Positions 38,658 to 52,224 are shown, counted from the stretch's first letter. The stretch: 64,000 nucleotides of DNA from Rheinheimera sp. (GCA_008015325.1 SSFI01000056.1:2802-66801); one strand, 5' to 3'. A program made the numbers and translations. The notes: generated from the sequence alone by a model not told the origin.

Positions 38658-39527
38658 ATGAAAGAATGGCAAGGTGTGTCTGAATTTGTCGCGGTGGCGG
38701 AACTCGGCAGTTTTTCTGCCGCCGCACGCCAGCTTGGCATGTCGGTGGCGCAGGTCAGCCGCAATGTACGTGAACTGGAACAACGGCTGCAGGTGCTGTT
38801 GCTGGCGCGTACCACGCGCCAGGTACATTTGACCGAGCCGGGCACTTTGTACCTGCAGCAATGTCGGCCTTTGTTACATGGCCTGGCGCAGGCCAATCAG
38901 CAGTTGCTGGATTTACAGGGCCAGCCGTCTGGCCTGATTAAACTGACCGCGCCGGTGTTTTATGGTGAAACGGTGATTGCGCCATTGCTGCATGATTTTT
39001 TGCAAAAATACCCACGCTTGCAGCTGGAGCTGGATTTAACCAATGCCCAACTGGATTTAGTTAAAGGCGGTTTTGACTGCGCCATCCGGCTCGGCCAGCT
39101 CAGTGATTCAACTTTGCAGGCGCGCAAACTCGGCAGCCGCCGCGCTTTTCTGGCGGCCAGCCCGGCGTATCTGGCCGAACAAGGCATCCCGGCGCAGCTC
39201 AGTGATTTATCCAACCATCGCTGTTTAGTCGGTTCAGTCGAATACTGGCGTTTTGAACAACAAGGGCAAAAACTACAGATTCGGCCGACACCTTATATCA
39301 AGTGCAACAGCGGTGTGGCACTGACGGATGCGGCATTAAAAGGCCTGGGTATTACGCAACTACCGGATTATTACCTGGTCACGCATCTGCAGCAGGGCAC
39401 GCTTGTGGAGTTGTTACCAGAGCTGCAACCGAAAGACGACGGCATCTGGGCTTTGTATCCGCTCAATCAGCATTTGCCACAAAAAGTCCGGCTGTTGCTG
39501 GATTATTTGCAGCAGCAACTGGTTTGA
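38658..39527 (+). CDS. LysR-family regulator divergent from frmA
   Basis: FVAVAELGSFSAAARQLG HTH; DmlR/CrgA-like effector domain. Confidence 0.92.
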   Translation: MKEWQGVSEFVAVAELGSFSAAARQLGMSVAQVSRNVRELEQRLQVLLLARTTRQVHLTEPGTLYLQQCRPLLHGLAQANQQLLDLQGQPSGLIKLTAPVFYGETVIAPLLHDFLQKYPRLQLELDLTNAQLDLVKGGFDCAIRLGQLSDSTLQARKLGSRRAFLAASPAYLAEQGIPAQLSDLSNHRCLVGSVEYWRFEQQGQKLQIRPTPYIKCNSGVALTDAALKGLGITQLPDYYLVTHLQQGTLVELLPELQPKDDGIWALYPLNQHLPQKVRLLLDYLQQQLV

Positions 39528-39736
39528 GAGATTAATTACTTTTAATTGTAAATTTAGGTTTTATTTTGCATTTTTAATTCCTTATTTGAAATTTAGCCAT
39601 TAATTGTCTCGTATAAGGTAATTTGTTATCTTAAATTTTACGTTTTATCTGTATATGGTATTTTTCTGTTTTTAATGCTTAAATACGAGCATTCTATAGG
39701 CAAAATCGAGTTTTAATTTCTTATACGGGAACTATT

Positions 39737-40063
39737 ATGACTCAATTGTCACAGTTATTGGCGCAACAACAACAGCTCAGCGCACAGTTAGCCGCTTTGA
39801 ACCAACAAATCGCCCATGCGGCGGTGTCAGTGAATATGACGTCTGTGCAACCCCTGGATCAGGATAGTTTGAACCGACTGCTCGACCAGCAGGTACAGCA
39901 GATGCCAGTCAGTGAACTGTGGTTATTAGCCGGGATAGCGCCCAGTACTTATTACCGGCTGAGAAACGAGCTGCACAGCAGCCGGCTGGGTACTGTGCAA
40001 GCGGTGTTGGATACATTGGGGTATCAGCTTTATGTCGGAGCCAAAGGCCTGGTGGCAAAATGA
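39737..40063 (+). CDS. HipB-like HTH antitoxin
   Basis: ELWLLAGIAPSTYYRL...RLGTVQAVLDTLG XRE-like HTH; ATGA overlap with the HipA-like gene. Confidence 0.7.
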   Translation: MTQLSQLLAQQQQLSAQLAALNQQIAHAAVSVNMTSVQPLDQDSLNRLLDQQVQQMPVSELWLLAGIAPSTYYRLRNELHSSRLGTVQAVLDTLGYQLYVGAKGLVAK

Positions 40064-41388
40064 AGTTGAACCGGACTGGATATGTCTATGTTAATCAACG
40101 TCTTGCGGGTCTGCTGCAGGAATGGCAAGCCAATTCCCGGCAATCATATGTATTCAGTTATCATCAGGACTATCTGGATTTCAACGGTCCGCCTATCGGG
40201 GTCAATTTCCCGCTGACGCCGGTGCCATACAACTTTGACGTGTTTCCGCCCTTTTTTGCCAATCTGGTCAGTGAAGGCTGGGTTCGGCGCTATCAGGCGC
40301 AAAAAGCCGGCTTGGACCGGGACGATGCATTTGGTCTGTTGCTGGCTAATGGCGCGGAGCTGATCGGTGCTGTCAGTGTGCTAAATGATGAGTTAGTGGA
40401 GCAACTGCCGCCGGGCGGCCGGCCGTTTTTGCCCGCGAGCCTTTCTGGTGTCGGGTTGCCAGCCGATTTAAGTCGTTTTCGTATCGCTTTTCGCCGCGAC
40501 GAATTTAATGACGTGGCACTGGCTTCATTTGGCCGGGCCTCTATTTCCGGTGTCCAGCCGAAAATGTTCTTAACACCAGATCTGCAGCAACCTTTTACCC
40601 TGCAAAGTTGTAGCGGGGCCGGTCCTTATATTGTGAAACCCTCACCACGGGATCTGCCGGAGCTGGCTGAAAACGAATATATGATGATGCAGCTGTGCAA
40701 AGCCGCTGGCTTTAGCGTGGCAGAGCATTATCTGCTGCCGTTTGCCTGTGGTGAGTTGGCCTATGTGACACGGCGCTTTGATTTGCCAGATGTGCCGGGG
40801 GGGCAGCTGCCGCTGGTTGAGGATTTGGCATCTTGTCTGAATGTGGCGCCAGGGCGCAAAGATGACGAGCGCTTAAGTTATGCCTTGGCACTGCGACAGG
40901 CGTATCAGCTCTGTGGGCAAAAGGCCACCATCTTGCTGCAGGGCTTTCGTCAGGTGTTGATGGCTTATCTGATCGGCAATAACGATTTACACCTGAAAAA
41001 CTTCGCTTTGCAACGTGATGCTGTGGGCACCGGCGTTGTTATGCAGGGGTTTAGCAAAATCTACGATATGGTGTCGGTGGCACCTTACCGTGCTTATGAC
41101 GGCTTTGCGCTGAGTCTGTGGCTGACTGATTTGGAGCACCAGGATGTGTTCTCCAGTAGTTACCGGCAATACGGTTATTACACCCAACATGATTTTCTGT
41201 TATTCGGCGAAGCATTGGGACTGAATGCAAAAGCAGTACAGGTGACTATCGATAAGTTATTGGTTGCAGTGGAAAAACACTATCAGTCCGTGATTGGCCG
41301 CTGTACTGGATCTGCTTATTTAAAACAAGCACTGACTGACAGGATAGGGGAACGGCTGGCAGCTGTGCGCCGGCCGATCCTTTCCTGA
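40060..41388 (+). CDS. hipA: HipA-family Ser/Thr kinase toxin (N-terminal coupling domain plus kinase)
   Basis: FPPFFANL, SISGVQPK, ENEY, RRFD, EDLA, IGNNDLHLKNF, YDMV. Start moved to ATG 40060. Confidence 0.88.
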   Translation: MKLNRTGYVYVNQRLAGLLQEWQANSRQSYVFSYHQDYLDFNGPPIGVNFPLTPVPYNFDVFPPFFANLVSEGWVRRYQAQKAGLDRDDAFGLLLANGAELIGAVSVLNDELVEQLPPGGRPFLPASLSGVGLPADLSRFRIAFRRDEFNDVALASFGRASISGVQPKMFLTPDLQQPFTLQSCSGAGPYIVKPSPRDLPELAENEYMMMQLCKAAGFSVAEHYLLPFACGELAYVTRRFDLPDVPGGQLPLVEDLASCLNVAPGRKDDERLSYALALRQAYQLCGQKATILLQGFRQVLMAYLIGNNDLHLKNFALQRDAVGTGVVMQGFSKIYDMVSVAPYRAYDGFALSLWLTDLEHQDVFSSSYRQYGYYTQHDFLLFGEALGLNAKAVQVTIDKLLVAVEKHYQSVIGRCTGSAYLKQALTDRIGERLAAVRRPILS

Positions 41389-41440
41389 GGAGGAGTTTGG
41401 CGCTGCGGTTTTGCCATCACAGCGCCTGTGTCGAAGACCT

Positions 41441-42658
41441 TTAAGCCCGGCCGCGGGTTGCGGTGGCGGGGGAAATGCGGGCTGCTATCAAAGCCGGGTA
41501 ACTGACGGCGAGCTGGCCAACCAATAACAGCGCGGCGCAGCCGACGAGCAGCAAGCCGGGCGTCAGCGGTGTCATGGCAAAAGTGCTGACCAGCCAGATA
41601 TTGAGGCCAATAGCGCCCCCGATCCCCAGCACCACACCAAGGCTGCTGATCAACAGGTTCTCCAGCATAAAAAACCGCATGATTTGCCATTGACTGGCAC
41701 CGAGCGCCCGGCGCGTGCCGATTTGCCGGGTGCGGCGGTTGATGCTGAACATAGCAAGGCCAACGATGCCAAAACCGGTAATGAGCGTCAGCACGATAAT
41801 CACCGTCAACAGGATATTGTTGGTGGCCTGATGTTCGCGGTAACTTTCAGCGCGGGTTTCCGTCATGGTTTTGACATTACGGATAATGCGCTGTTTATCG
41901 CTGTCGGCCAGCATTTTTTCAATCTGTGGCATCAGTGCATCGCGCCGGCCTGGCTCCGTGCGGATAAATAGCCGTGAACCTTTGTTTTCCAGCTGACTGG
42001 GTACCAGTGAGGCGTGTTCAGTGTTGTCCCAGCCATTCCACGGCGATTGCAGGCTTTTAACGATACCGGTTACCTGCATCGGGTCATGGTTATTGATGTA
42101 CACCGTTTGGCCCAAAGCTTTTTTCCAGTCGCCGTCAAACAGCTTTTCTGCCAGTTTTTGCGTGATGATGATTTTTGGCGGCCATTTATTACTGGTGCGT
42201 TCGCGCCAGCTGATGTCGCTTTCGCTGAAGTTTTCGCCGGCCAGCAGTTCAACGCCCAGCGCCGTAATACCTTGGGTATCGACAAAATAAACCGCGGTGC
42301 CGGTGCCGTCGACATCATCGCCCGGTTTGGTTTGTAAGCCCATCGACCAGCCGCCGCCACTTAAGGGAATGGCATTGATTTGCGTCGCCGCCACCACGCC
42401 CGGCGTTTTGCGAATTTGGTCTAAATCGCGCGCCAGATTGCTTTGCAGCGGGTAGTTTTCGCCAAACACAGTGTTGCTCAGGTAAAAAGTGTTTTGTTCA
42501 TCGACGCCGCTGGCTCTGGCCATCTGGCGGTTACGCTCCTGCATCATAAAGATGGCGTTAACCATAATGGTTAAGGTCAGGGCGATTTGCAGCGCAATCA
42601 ATAGAGCGCCGATTTTGTTGCGCATCAGGGCGCGCAGCATAGGTCCGAGTTCTAACAT
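41441..42658 (-). CDS. ABC transporter permease (MacB/FtsX family)
   Basis: RRTRQIGTRRALGAS motif and MacB topology. Start moved to ATG 42658. Confidence 0.88.
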   Translation of the reverse strand: MLELGPMLRALMRNKIGALLIALQIALTLTIMVNAIFMMQERNRQMARASGVDEQNTFYLSNTVFGENYPLQSNLARDLDQIRKTPGVVAATQINAIPLSGGGWSMGLQTKPGDDVDGTGTAVYFVDTQGITALGVELLAGENFSESDISWRERTSNKWPPKIIITQKLAEKLFDGDWKKALGQTVYINNHDPMQVTGIVKSLQSPWNGWDNTEHASLVPSQLENKGSRLFIRTEPGRRDALMPQIEKMLADSDKQRIIRNVKTMTETRAESYREHQATNNILLTVIIVLTLITGFGIVGLAMFSINRRTRQIGTRRALGASQWQIMRFFMLENLLISSLGVVLGIGGAIGLNIWLVSTFAMTPLTPGLLLVGCAALLLVGQLAVSYPALIAARISPATATRGRA

Positions 42659-42668
42659 GATAGGCTCC

Positions 42669-43979
42669 TTATTGCGCTTTGAGTTGTTGCGACGGCTGCA
42701 CCTGGCAGGCGCGCCAGGTCGGATACAGACCGGCCAGAATGCTGGAACCGATCGCCAGTAAAATTGCCAGCAGCACCATGTTGAAATCCAGCACCGCGAG
42801 TTCCGCCATCCAGTCGCCATACATCGATTTGACGGCTTCTAAGCCCAGCCAGGCCAACACTAAGCCCAATAAACCACCGGCCAGGCCAATACAGCCGGAT
42901 TCCACCAGATGCTGCAGGAATAAATCGCGCCGGCTGGCACCTAAAGCCTGCCGCACGCCGATTTCACTGGCTTTGCCAAGGAATTTGGCCAGCAGCAGCC
43001 CGACGGTATTGAGCAGACACACGGTTAGAAACATCAGCGCCATCGCCATCATCATGCTGGCATCTTCCGACACGACTTCGCGCTGCTCCAGCCAGGTCAT
43101 CACATCGCTTAACTTGTTGTTGCGGGTACGGGCGAAGCGGCCGAATTTGTGTTGTTCGTCGGCATAGGCGTCGATGTAACTCTGGTACTGCTCCACCTCA
43201 GCTTTAGTCGGCAGTTCCACCCACAGCTGGGTCCAGATACATTCCGAATCGAGGTAGGCCTTAAAGCCGGATTCGGTTGGTTTCCAGCAATTGTTATTGC
43301 CGGACTGGCCGAGGATTTGTTCGCTCATCAGGCTAAAGGGCACAAAAAACTCTTCGCTGTCCTGAAAAGCGCCGGTGGAAATGTCATAAAAGCGTGGCTG
43401 TGGCTGCCAGCGTTTAATCACGCCTGTGATGCGGAAATCTTTGCCAGCCAGACGTAACGTTTGCCCGGTGGAATCTTTGCCACCAAATAAGCGGTCATTG
43501 ATTTCCGAGGTGATCACGACGACAAATTCTTTATTTAAATCAGCCTGTTCATCCCAGCCGCTGCCGTATAAAAACGGCACGTCGAACATCGGGAAAAAGT
43601 CGGCACTGTTGGCGCGGCCTTGCGCCATAAACGGCAGCGCTTCTTTGTCGGCTGGTTCAATCACGCCGGCGGCGCCGGTAGCGATGCTCTGGCGCGGCGC
43701 TTTTTTCGCTTGCCACAGCGTTGTGGCATCACGGTAAGTCAGCTGGTCCGGTGGGTCGCCGTTGTCAAAATAAGGATTATTCGGGTCCCAGGCATCCAGC
43801 TGGACATAAAACAGCTGATCGCTTTTTTGCGGAATCGGGTTGGCCGACATCAGGTAATTCACCGTGATGGTGGTCATCGCGGCGCCGATGCCAAGCGCAA
43901 TCGCCAGCACCATCAGCAGGCTCATGCCCCAGGTGCGCTTTGAGCTGAGCCAGGCTAGCTTCAGATAATAACTGAACAT
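42669..43979 (-). CDS. ABC transporter permease (MacB/FtsX family)
   Basis: EIGVRQALGAS motif, large periplasmic domain. Confidence 0.88.
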   Translation of the reverse strand: MFSYYLKLAWLSSKRTWGMSLLMVLAIALGIGAAMTTITVNYLMSANPIPQKSDQLFYVQLDAWDPNNPYFDNGDPPDQLTYRDATTLWQAKKAPRQSIATGAAGVIEPADKEALPFMAQGRANSADFFPMFDVPFLYGSGWDEQADLNKEFVVVITSEINDRLFGGKDSTGQTLRLAGKDFRITGVIKRWQPQPRFYDISTGAFQDSEEFFVPFSLMSEQILGQSGNNNCWKPTESGFKAYLDSECIWTQLWVELPTKAEVEQYQSYIDAYADEQHKFGRFARTRNNKLSDVMTWLEQREVVSEDASMMMAMALMFLTVCLLNTVGLLLAKFLGKASEIGVRQALGASRRDLFLQHLVESGCIGLAGGLLGLVLAWLGLEAVKSMYGDWMAELAVLDFNMVLLAILLAIGSSILAGLYPTWRACQVQPSQQLKAQ

Positions 43980-43988
43980 ATTGCCTCC

Positions 43989-44696
43989 TCAGACTGCGGC
44001 CAGATTGTGAATATTGTGGTGATGGCCTTGCATCAGTTCCTGCGCCTGACCGTCTTTGATAAAAATCTGCCGCTTCGCGCGCGCCGCCAGGCCGTTGTCG
44101 TGCGTGACCATCAAAATGGTGGTGCCGTTGGCGTTGATGTCTTCCAGCAAGCTCATTACCGACTGCGCCATGCTGGAATCGAGGTTACCGGTCGGTTCGT
44201 CGGCCAGTAAAAACCGTGGTGAAGTGGCCAAAGCCCGGGCAATCGCCACCCGTTGCTGCTGACCACCGGATAACTGCGAAGGCAGATGTTTCATCCGGGA
44301 GGCGAGGCCAACCTGATCCAGATGATATTCAATACGTTTTTTCCGCTCCGCAGCATTAAAACCACGATAGCGCAGCGGCACGTCGACATTGTCGAACAGA
44401 TTCAAATCCGGAATTAAGTTAAAGCTTTGAAAGATAAACCCAATCTTCTGGTTGCGCATCCGCGAGCGGCCTTTGTCGTCCAGTTTGCTGATGTCTTCCC
44501 CGTCCAGCCAGTATTCGCCGGACGTGGAGCTTTCCAGCAAACCGGCGATGTTTAAAAAGGTGGTTTTGCCTGAGCCGGACGGGCCTATCACGCTGACAAA
44601 ATCGCCCTCTGATAAATCTAGCTTGATGTCGCGCAGCGCGTGGGTCACGACGTTATCGGTGGCAAATGATTTACTGATATTTTTCATACTAAGCAT
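43989..44696 (-). CDS. ABC transporter ATP-binding protein (LolD/MacB type)
   Basis: GPSGSGKT, LSGGQQQRVAIARA, LADEPTGNLD. Confidence 0.95.
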   Translation of the reverse strand: MLSMKNISKSFATDNVVTHALRDIKLDLSEGDFVSVIGPSGSGKTTFLNIAGLLESSTSGEYWLDGEDISKLDDKGRSRMRNQKIGFIFQSFNLIPDLNLFDNVDVPLRYRGFNAAERKKRIEYHLDQVGLASRMKHLPSQLSGGQQQRVAIARALATSPRFLLADEPTGNLDSSMAQSVMSLLEDINANGTTILMVTHDNGLAARAKRQIFIKDGQAQELMQGHHHNIHNLAAV

Positions 44697-44754
44697 AAAT
44701 TCTCCTGTGGGCGCGGCCCGGCTGCAGTGTTCGTTGTGGTTTAGTTCAGTTGCA

Positions 44755-46026
44755 TTAATTCAACTGAACTGTGCTGGCGCCCTGAAAAATGTCAGTGCCA
44801 GAGGTAATGATTTGGTCGCCGGTTTTCAGGCCGGACAGAATTTCCACGGCGTTAATGCTGCGGGCGCCGGTTTCAATCGGCGTTTTGACTGCGAGGCCGT
44901 CGCGCACCAGATAAGCAAAACGGCCATTGCTGCTATCCAAAAACTGGCCACGTGCCACCTGCAACACATCAGGGCGCTGTTCCAGTAAAATCCGGCTGGC
45001 GAGGCGTTGGTTCTGGCGTAACGAGGTCGGCGCATCTTTGGTGAAACGCACCCGGCCTTTCACCTGGTTTTCAAATACTTCCGGCGAAATGGTGACGAGC
45101 TTGCCGGCGTAAACCTGGCTTTCGACTGTGACTTCTACCGGCAGGCCGATGCTTAAGTCATTGGCGTAACTTTCCGGTACGGCGATTTCCACTTCGAACT
45201 GGCTTAAATCCACCACCGATAAAATCAGCTGGTTTTTGATGATGTAGGTTTTGTTTTCCACCGCGAGATTACCGAGCAGACCATCGACCGGTGAGCGCAC
45301 GTTCAGGCTGTCGACCTGGCGCTGATAATCGGCCACCAGCAGTTGTTGGCGCTGCAGCGCCTGCGCCAGGCTTTGCAGTTCAAATTCGAGGTTTTCTTTG
45401 TTTAATGTGGCGTCTTCCACCGCGTGGCGATTCTGCACTTTGGCGGTTTCCAGGTCGTCCTGCGCTTTTTCAAAATCAATCTGGCTGATGGCTTTAAGCG
45501 CATAACCCTGCTCGGCGCGACGTTTTTCCCGGTCTGCAGTAGTCAGCGTGACCTGGGCGATATCGACGGCTTTCTGGTCGGTCAGTTGCTGTTTTTTCGC
45601 CAGAATTTTCTGCCGGTCATAGCTAGTCTGCAGGCTGAACAGCGTGGCTTGTTCCTGCTGCAGCCGGCTTGTCAGCTCGGGGCTGTCGAGTGTCGCCAGG
45701 ATTTGGCCTTTTTTCACTTCAGTGCCGGCATCGAGCAGCAGCGTCACAGTGCCTTCGGCTGGCGCATACAGTTTCGGGCTGACTGCTGCCACCACCTGAC
45801 CCTGAGCTGAAATATCGCGGATGAAATCTGCGGTTTTGACGGTGTCGACCCGCACGCGCGACAGCGGCACTGAGATATCGGATTGTGACCAACTTTGTAC
45901 GGCTGGCAGCACCAGCCAAATTAGCAGCGCTGCGCCGCAAAGTGCTGCCACCGGCCACAGCCAGCGGGGGTTGGATCGGGGATGTTGCAGAACTTCATCC
46001 TGCGCACTGGTGTCGGCTATTTTCAT
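44755..46026 (-). CDS. Periplasmic adaptor (membrane fusion) subunit of efflux system
   Basis: Single N-terminal TM helix, barrel-sandwich hybrid, coiled coil, VRSPVDG. Start moved to ATG 46026. Confidence 0.9.
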   Translation of the reverse strand: MKIADTSAQDEVLQHPRSNPRWLWPVAALCGAALLIWLVLPAVQSWSQSDISVPLSRVRVDTVKTADFIRDISAQGQVVAAVSPKLYAPAEGTVTLLLDAGTEVKKGQILATLDSPELTSRLQQEQATLFSLQTSYDRQKILAKKQQLTDQKAVDIAQVTLTTADREKRRAEQGYALKAISQIDFEKAQDDLETAKVQNRHAVEDATLNKENLEFELQSLAQALQRQQLLVADYQRQVDSLNVRSPVDGLLGNLAVENKTYIIKNQLILSVVDLSQFEVEIAVPESYANDLSIGLPVEVTVESQVYAGKLVTISPEVFENQVKGRVRFTKDAPTSLRQNQRLASRILLEQRPDVLQVARGQFLDSSNGRFAYLVRDGLAVKTPIETGARSINAVEILSGLKTGDQIITSGTDIFQGASTVQLN

Positions 46027-46230
46027 CAGCAATTCCTCATATGATTGCCAATGAGTCAGAGCCGGGCGGAAAATGGTTGGAACGCGCCGCACTAAAACAT
46101 GTAACGGAATGTGTCGTTGCCAGTTTTGCTGTCGGCAGGCGCAGTGGGGCTGTGCGCCGGATGAAAACTTGCGGTAGAATCCGCCGCCTTCAGCTCAGGC
46201 TGCCACATGAAATGCAGAGGTGATCCGCGC

Positions 46231-46818
46231 ATGCTGCTGTTGATCGACAACTACGATTCTTTTACCTGGAACCTGGTGCAGTATTTTGCTGAGCTGGGCC
46301 AGCAGGTCGTGGTAAGACGACATGATGAGATACACCTCGCCGGTATCGCGGCGCTGAAGCCTGACCACTTAGTGATTTCGCCCGGCCCCTGCAGCCCGAA
46401 TGAAGCCGGCATTTCGCTGGCGGCTATCCGCGAGTTTGCCGGCAAGCTGCCGATTTTGGGCGTGTGTCTTGGCCATCAGGCGCTGGCACAGGCTTTTGGT
46501 GGCAACATCATCCGCGCGCGCCAGGTGGTGCACGGCAAAAACTCGTTGATCCGCCACGACAACAGTTCGGTGTTTGCTGGCCTGAACAATCCGCTCAGTG
46601 TGACCCGTTATCATTCATTAGTGGTGGAAAAACACAGCTTGCCGGCAGCGTTTCGACTGACTGCCTGGACTGAGACTGCTGATGGCGCAGTGGATGAAAT
46701 TATGGGGATTGCGCATCGCAGTTTACCGCTACATGGCGTGCAATTTCATCCGGAAGCAATTTTATCGGAACAGGGGCACCAGCTACTCGCTAATTTTTTA
46801 AGCGGACACTGCAGCTAA
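46231..46818 (+). CDS. pabA: Aminodeoxychorismate/anthranilate synthase component II (glutamine amidotransferase)
   Basis: [35 protein letters not shown]; position near argD/astC favours pabA over trpG. Confidence 0.85.
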   Translation: MLLLIDNYDSFTWNLVQYFAELGQQVVVRRHDEIHLAGIAALKPDHLVISPGPCSPNEAGISLAAIREFAGKLPILGVCLGHQALAQAFGGNIIRARQVVHGKNSLIRHDNSSVFAGLNNPLSVTRYHSLVVEKHSLPAAFRLTAWTETADGAVDEIMGIAHRSLPLHGVQFHPEAILSEQGHQLLANFLSGHCS

Positions 46819-46894
46819 TCCCGCGCCAGCATTGACAGTGCAGGCCTTCGCATCGCACACTGCGGCCATTCGCAGCTAAAATCACAGCGGTTCC

Positions 46895-48046
46895 ATGTCG
46901 TCTATTGCCCAGGTGCAACAACAACGTTTTTTTGATTGCATCCTTGAAATTAAGCCTGATCAAAAACGCTATGGCTTTAAGCGCCAGCCCCAAAAAAATA
47001 ACAGCCCACTCAGCGCGCCTGCGGCAGCCAGCGGCAATACCGGCCGCACTTTGCTGGACATCGAGCAACAGGCTGCTTTTAACCGCCAGGCTGGGGTCAT
47101 CGCCAAACAACAATTTGTCGAATTTACCCAAGCGCATTTACACGACCAGGTTGCCGAAGAGCTGTTTCTGAAACTGGGCAAGTTTGACACTATTGCCAGC
47201 ACAGTCTTTAACCTGGCCGAGGGTTTTCCGGCGGTGTTGGATGTGCTCAGTGCCCGAGCTTTGACGCTCAGTCAGCTGGAAAATCTGATTACGCCGGTGG
47301 AATGGCTGAAAGAAGATTTACTGAAGCTGGTGAATCAGCCGCAATATCGCAACAAAACGCCGTCCGGCAATTTTATTAAAGAATTAAAACCAGCACTGGG
47401 TTTGTTAGGGCTGGAAACGATGAAGCAGATCCTGCCGGTATTTGCCCTGAAGCGCTCGTTACCGCATGCCACAGACCCGTTCACCGGCTTTAAAGGCCAA
47501 ATCTGGCAATACAGTATTGCGGTGGCATTGGCGGCACAGCGGCTGGCGGAAGAAACCGGCGAAAACGCTTTTGTGGCTTATTGTGCCGGCCTGTTCCATT
47601 CGCTGGGTTATCTGGTGGTCACCCGCACTTACCTGCGCACTTACCAGCAAGTGAAACAGGCTGCGATGCTCAAAGCCCGCGATGCGCGTGATACTGAACT
47701 GACGGATGCACTGGATAGCCTGGATGCCGATGCCAGCTTCCTGAATTCCTGCTTCCAGGAATTCGCCGCCATTATCAGTGCTGATTTAGTCTCGAAGTGG
47801 GGTCTGAAGCGGCTGCCGCTCAGCCAGGTGTTAGATCAATTTGCTGAAGGGGTGGGTTATAGCGGTGCCAGCCGCCTCACTCAAATCGTGCATCAGGCCG
47901 TGTGTTTTGTGCAGGCGCAGACGCTGCGTAAATACAAGCTGCTGGATGACGCCGAAGAATTAGCCTGGATGCAGGCGGTGCAACTGCGGCCAGAACACCG
48001 CCAGTTATTGCAACAAACCCGGTTAGATCGGCTGGAAATTGATTAA
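46895..48046 (+). CDS. HDOD domain-containing protein
   Basis: LLKLVN...Y...ALGLLG...IWQYSIAVALAA...AYCAGLFHSLG pattern. Confidence 0.75.
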   Translation: MSSIAQVQQQRFFDCILEIKPDQKRYGFKRQPQKNNSPLSAPAAASGNTGRTLLDIEQQAAFNRQAGVIAKQQFVEFTQAHLHDQVAEELFLKLGKFDTIASTVFNLAEGFPAVLDVLSARALTLSQLENLITPVEWLKEDLLKLVNQPQYRNKTPSGNFIKELKPALGLLGLETMKQILPVFALKRSLPHATDPFTGFKGQIWQYSIAVALAAQRLAEETGENAFVAYCAGLFHSLGYLVVTRTYLRTYQQVKQAAMLKARDARDTELTDALDSLDADASFLNSCFQEFAAIISADLVSKWGLKRLPLSQVLDQFAEGVGYSGASRLTQIVHQAVCFVQAQTLRKYKLLDDAEELAWMQAVQLRPEHRQLLQQTRLDRLEID

Positions 48047-48058
48047 GCACCGCCGAAT

Positions 48059-48127
48059 AATCTGGTAAGACCAGATTTTTTTCACCATATTCATGCAACA
48101 GCCGGCCCGTCCGGCTGTTGTTGTTTT
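48059..48127 (+). terminator. Tandem terminator-like hairpins after the HDOD gene
   Basis: AATCTGGT-aag-ACCAGATT plus T-run (48059-48082); CAACAGCCGG-cccgt-CCGGCTGTTG plus TTGTTTT (48096-48127). Confidence 0.6.
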
Positions 48128-48287
48128 ATGCGTCCGGCGCCGTCAGTCAGCGGCTGCATAAGGAAACAATCAGTTGCTTAGTTATTCATCCGAACTGCAA
48201 ATCTATCTGCGGGCCTTTATTTTCGCGCTTTGCAGCGTTTTTTAACCCGAGACTTCTGCGTTTTTTTCTGTAATACTCGACCAGAAT

Positions 48288-48326
48288 TCTGAATAAAAAT
48301 CTGCCGGAATTTTGCATAATTGCATA
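48288..48326. promoter_or_regulatory. Possible ArgR (ARG-box-like) site upstream of astC
   Basis: TCTGAATAAAAAT... and TTTGCATAATTGCA, partial matches to TGMATwwwwATKCA. Confidence 0.3.
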
Positions 48327-48327
48327 A

Positions 48328-49581
<1,254 letters not shown>

Positions 49582-49694
49582 GCGCCTGTTTTGATCGAAG
49601 CGGCGACCGGCCTGGTCGCCGCAGCTGTAAACCACTGCGGGGCTATGAACTACTGCGATGCTGTCCCCGCACCGCAACTCCGAGGAAGCGACCC

Positions 49695-50711
49695 ATGATG
49701 GTGATCCGTCCAATCCGCGCCGCAGATTTCCCGGTGCTTTATGAAATGGCGGTTGAATCCGGCCACGGTTTTACTTCGTTACCGGTCAACGACGAACTGC
49801 TGCAACGCAAAATTAACCGCTCTGAGCAGAGCTTTCGCAAAGCGGTACAGAAGCCGGTCGATGAGGGCTATCTGTTTGTGCTGGAAGACACTGTCAGCGG
49901 CGAGATTTGCGGCACCAGTGCCATCGAAGCCGCGGTCGGGCTGGACGATGCCTTTTATAACTATCATCTGGGTAAGGTTGTCCATACGTCGCGGGCGTTA
50001 GGCGTTTACAAGACCGTCGATATTCTGACGCTCTGTAACGACTACACCGGCGCCACTGAACTGTGCACTTTGTTTCTGCGCGAGCACCGCCGCGAAAAAA
50101 ACAACGGCAAGATGTTGTCGCGGTTCCGCTTTTTGTTTATGGCGGAATTTCGTGAGCGCTTTTCTGACCGCATCATCGCCGAAATGCGCGGTGTGTCGGA
50201 CGAAAACGGCAATTCGCCATTCTGGGAATGGCTGCAGGAACACTTCTTTTCGGTCGATTTCCCGACCGCCGATTATCTGACCGGCATCGGCCAGAAAGTC
50301 TTTATCGCCGAATTAATGCCGAAGTACCCGATTTACGTCAGCCTCCTCAGCAAAGAAGCGCAGGCGGTGATCGGCAAAGTGCATGAAAAAACCCGCCCGG
50401 CGCTGCAGTTGCTGCAGTCGGAAGGTTTTTCCACTACAGGTTATGTCGACATTTTTGACGCCGGTCCGACCGTGGAAGCCAAGCTTGAACATATCCGCAC
50501 CGCACGCAACAGTCGCCGGTTGCAAGTGCGTATCGCACCGGTCAGCGGCGGTCAGCCTTATCTGGTCTGCAATACCGGCTGCGAGAATTTCCGCGCCAGC
50601 TGGACCCATCTGCATCTGGCAGAAACCGCCACTGAGGTCAATCTGCCGGCCGAGTTTGCCGAAGCGCTGCAAGTCAGTGACGGCGACTGGGTGCGGTTAG
50701 CCCGTTTATAA
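49695..50711 (+). CDS. astA: Arginine N-succinyltransferase
   Basis: GFTSLP, LCNDYTG, ELCTLFL, AEMRGVSDE, YVDIFDAGPT. Confidence 0.95.
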   Translation: MMVIRPIRAADFPVLYEMAVESGHGFTSLPVNDELLQRKINRSEQSFRKAVQKPVDEGYLFVLEDTVSGEICGTSAIEAAVGLDDAFYNYHLGKVVHTSRALGVYKTVDILTLCNDYTGATELCTLFLREHRREKNNGKMLSRFRFLFMAEFRERFSDRIIAEMRGVSDENGNSPFWEWLQEHFFSVDFPTADYLTGIGQKVFIAELMPKYPIYVSLLSKEAQAVIGKVHEKTRPALQLLQSEGFSTTGYVDIFDAGPTVEAKLEHIRTARNSRRLQVRIAPVSGGQPYLVCNTGCENFRASWTHLHLAETATEVNLPAEFAEALQVSDGDWVRLARL

Positions 50712-50717
50712 ATTTGA

Positions 50718-52199
<1,482 letters not shown>

Positions 52200-52224
52200 G
52201 TTTGACCGACAACATGACCTGGTA

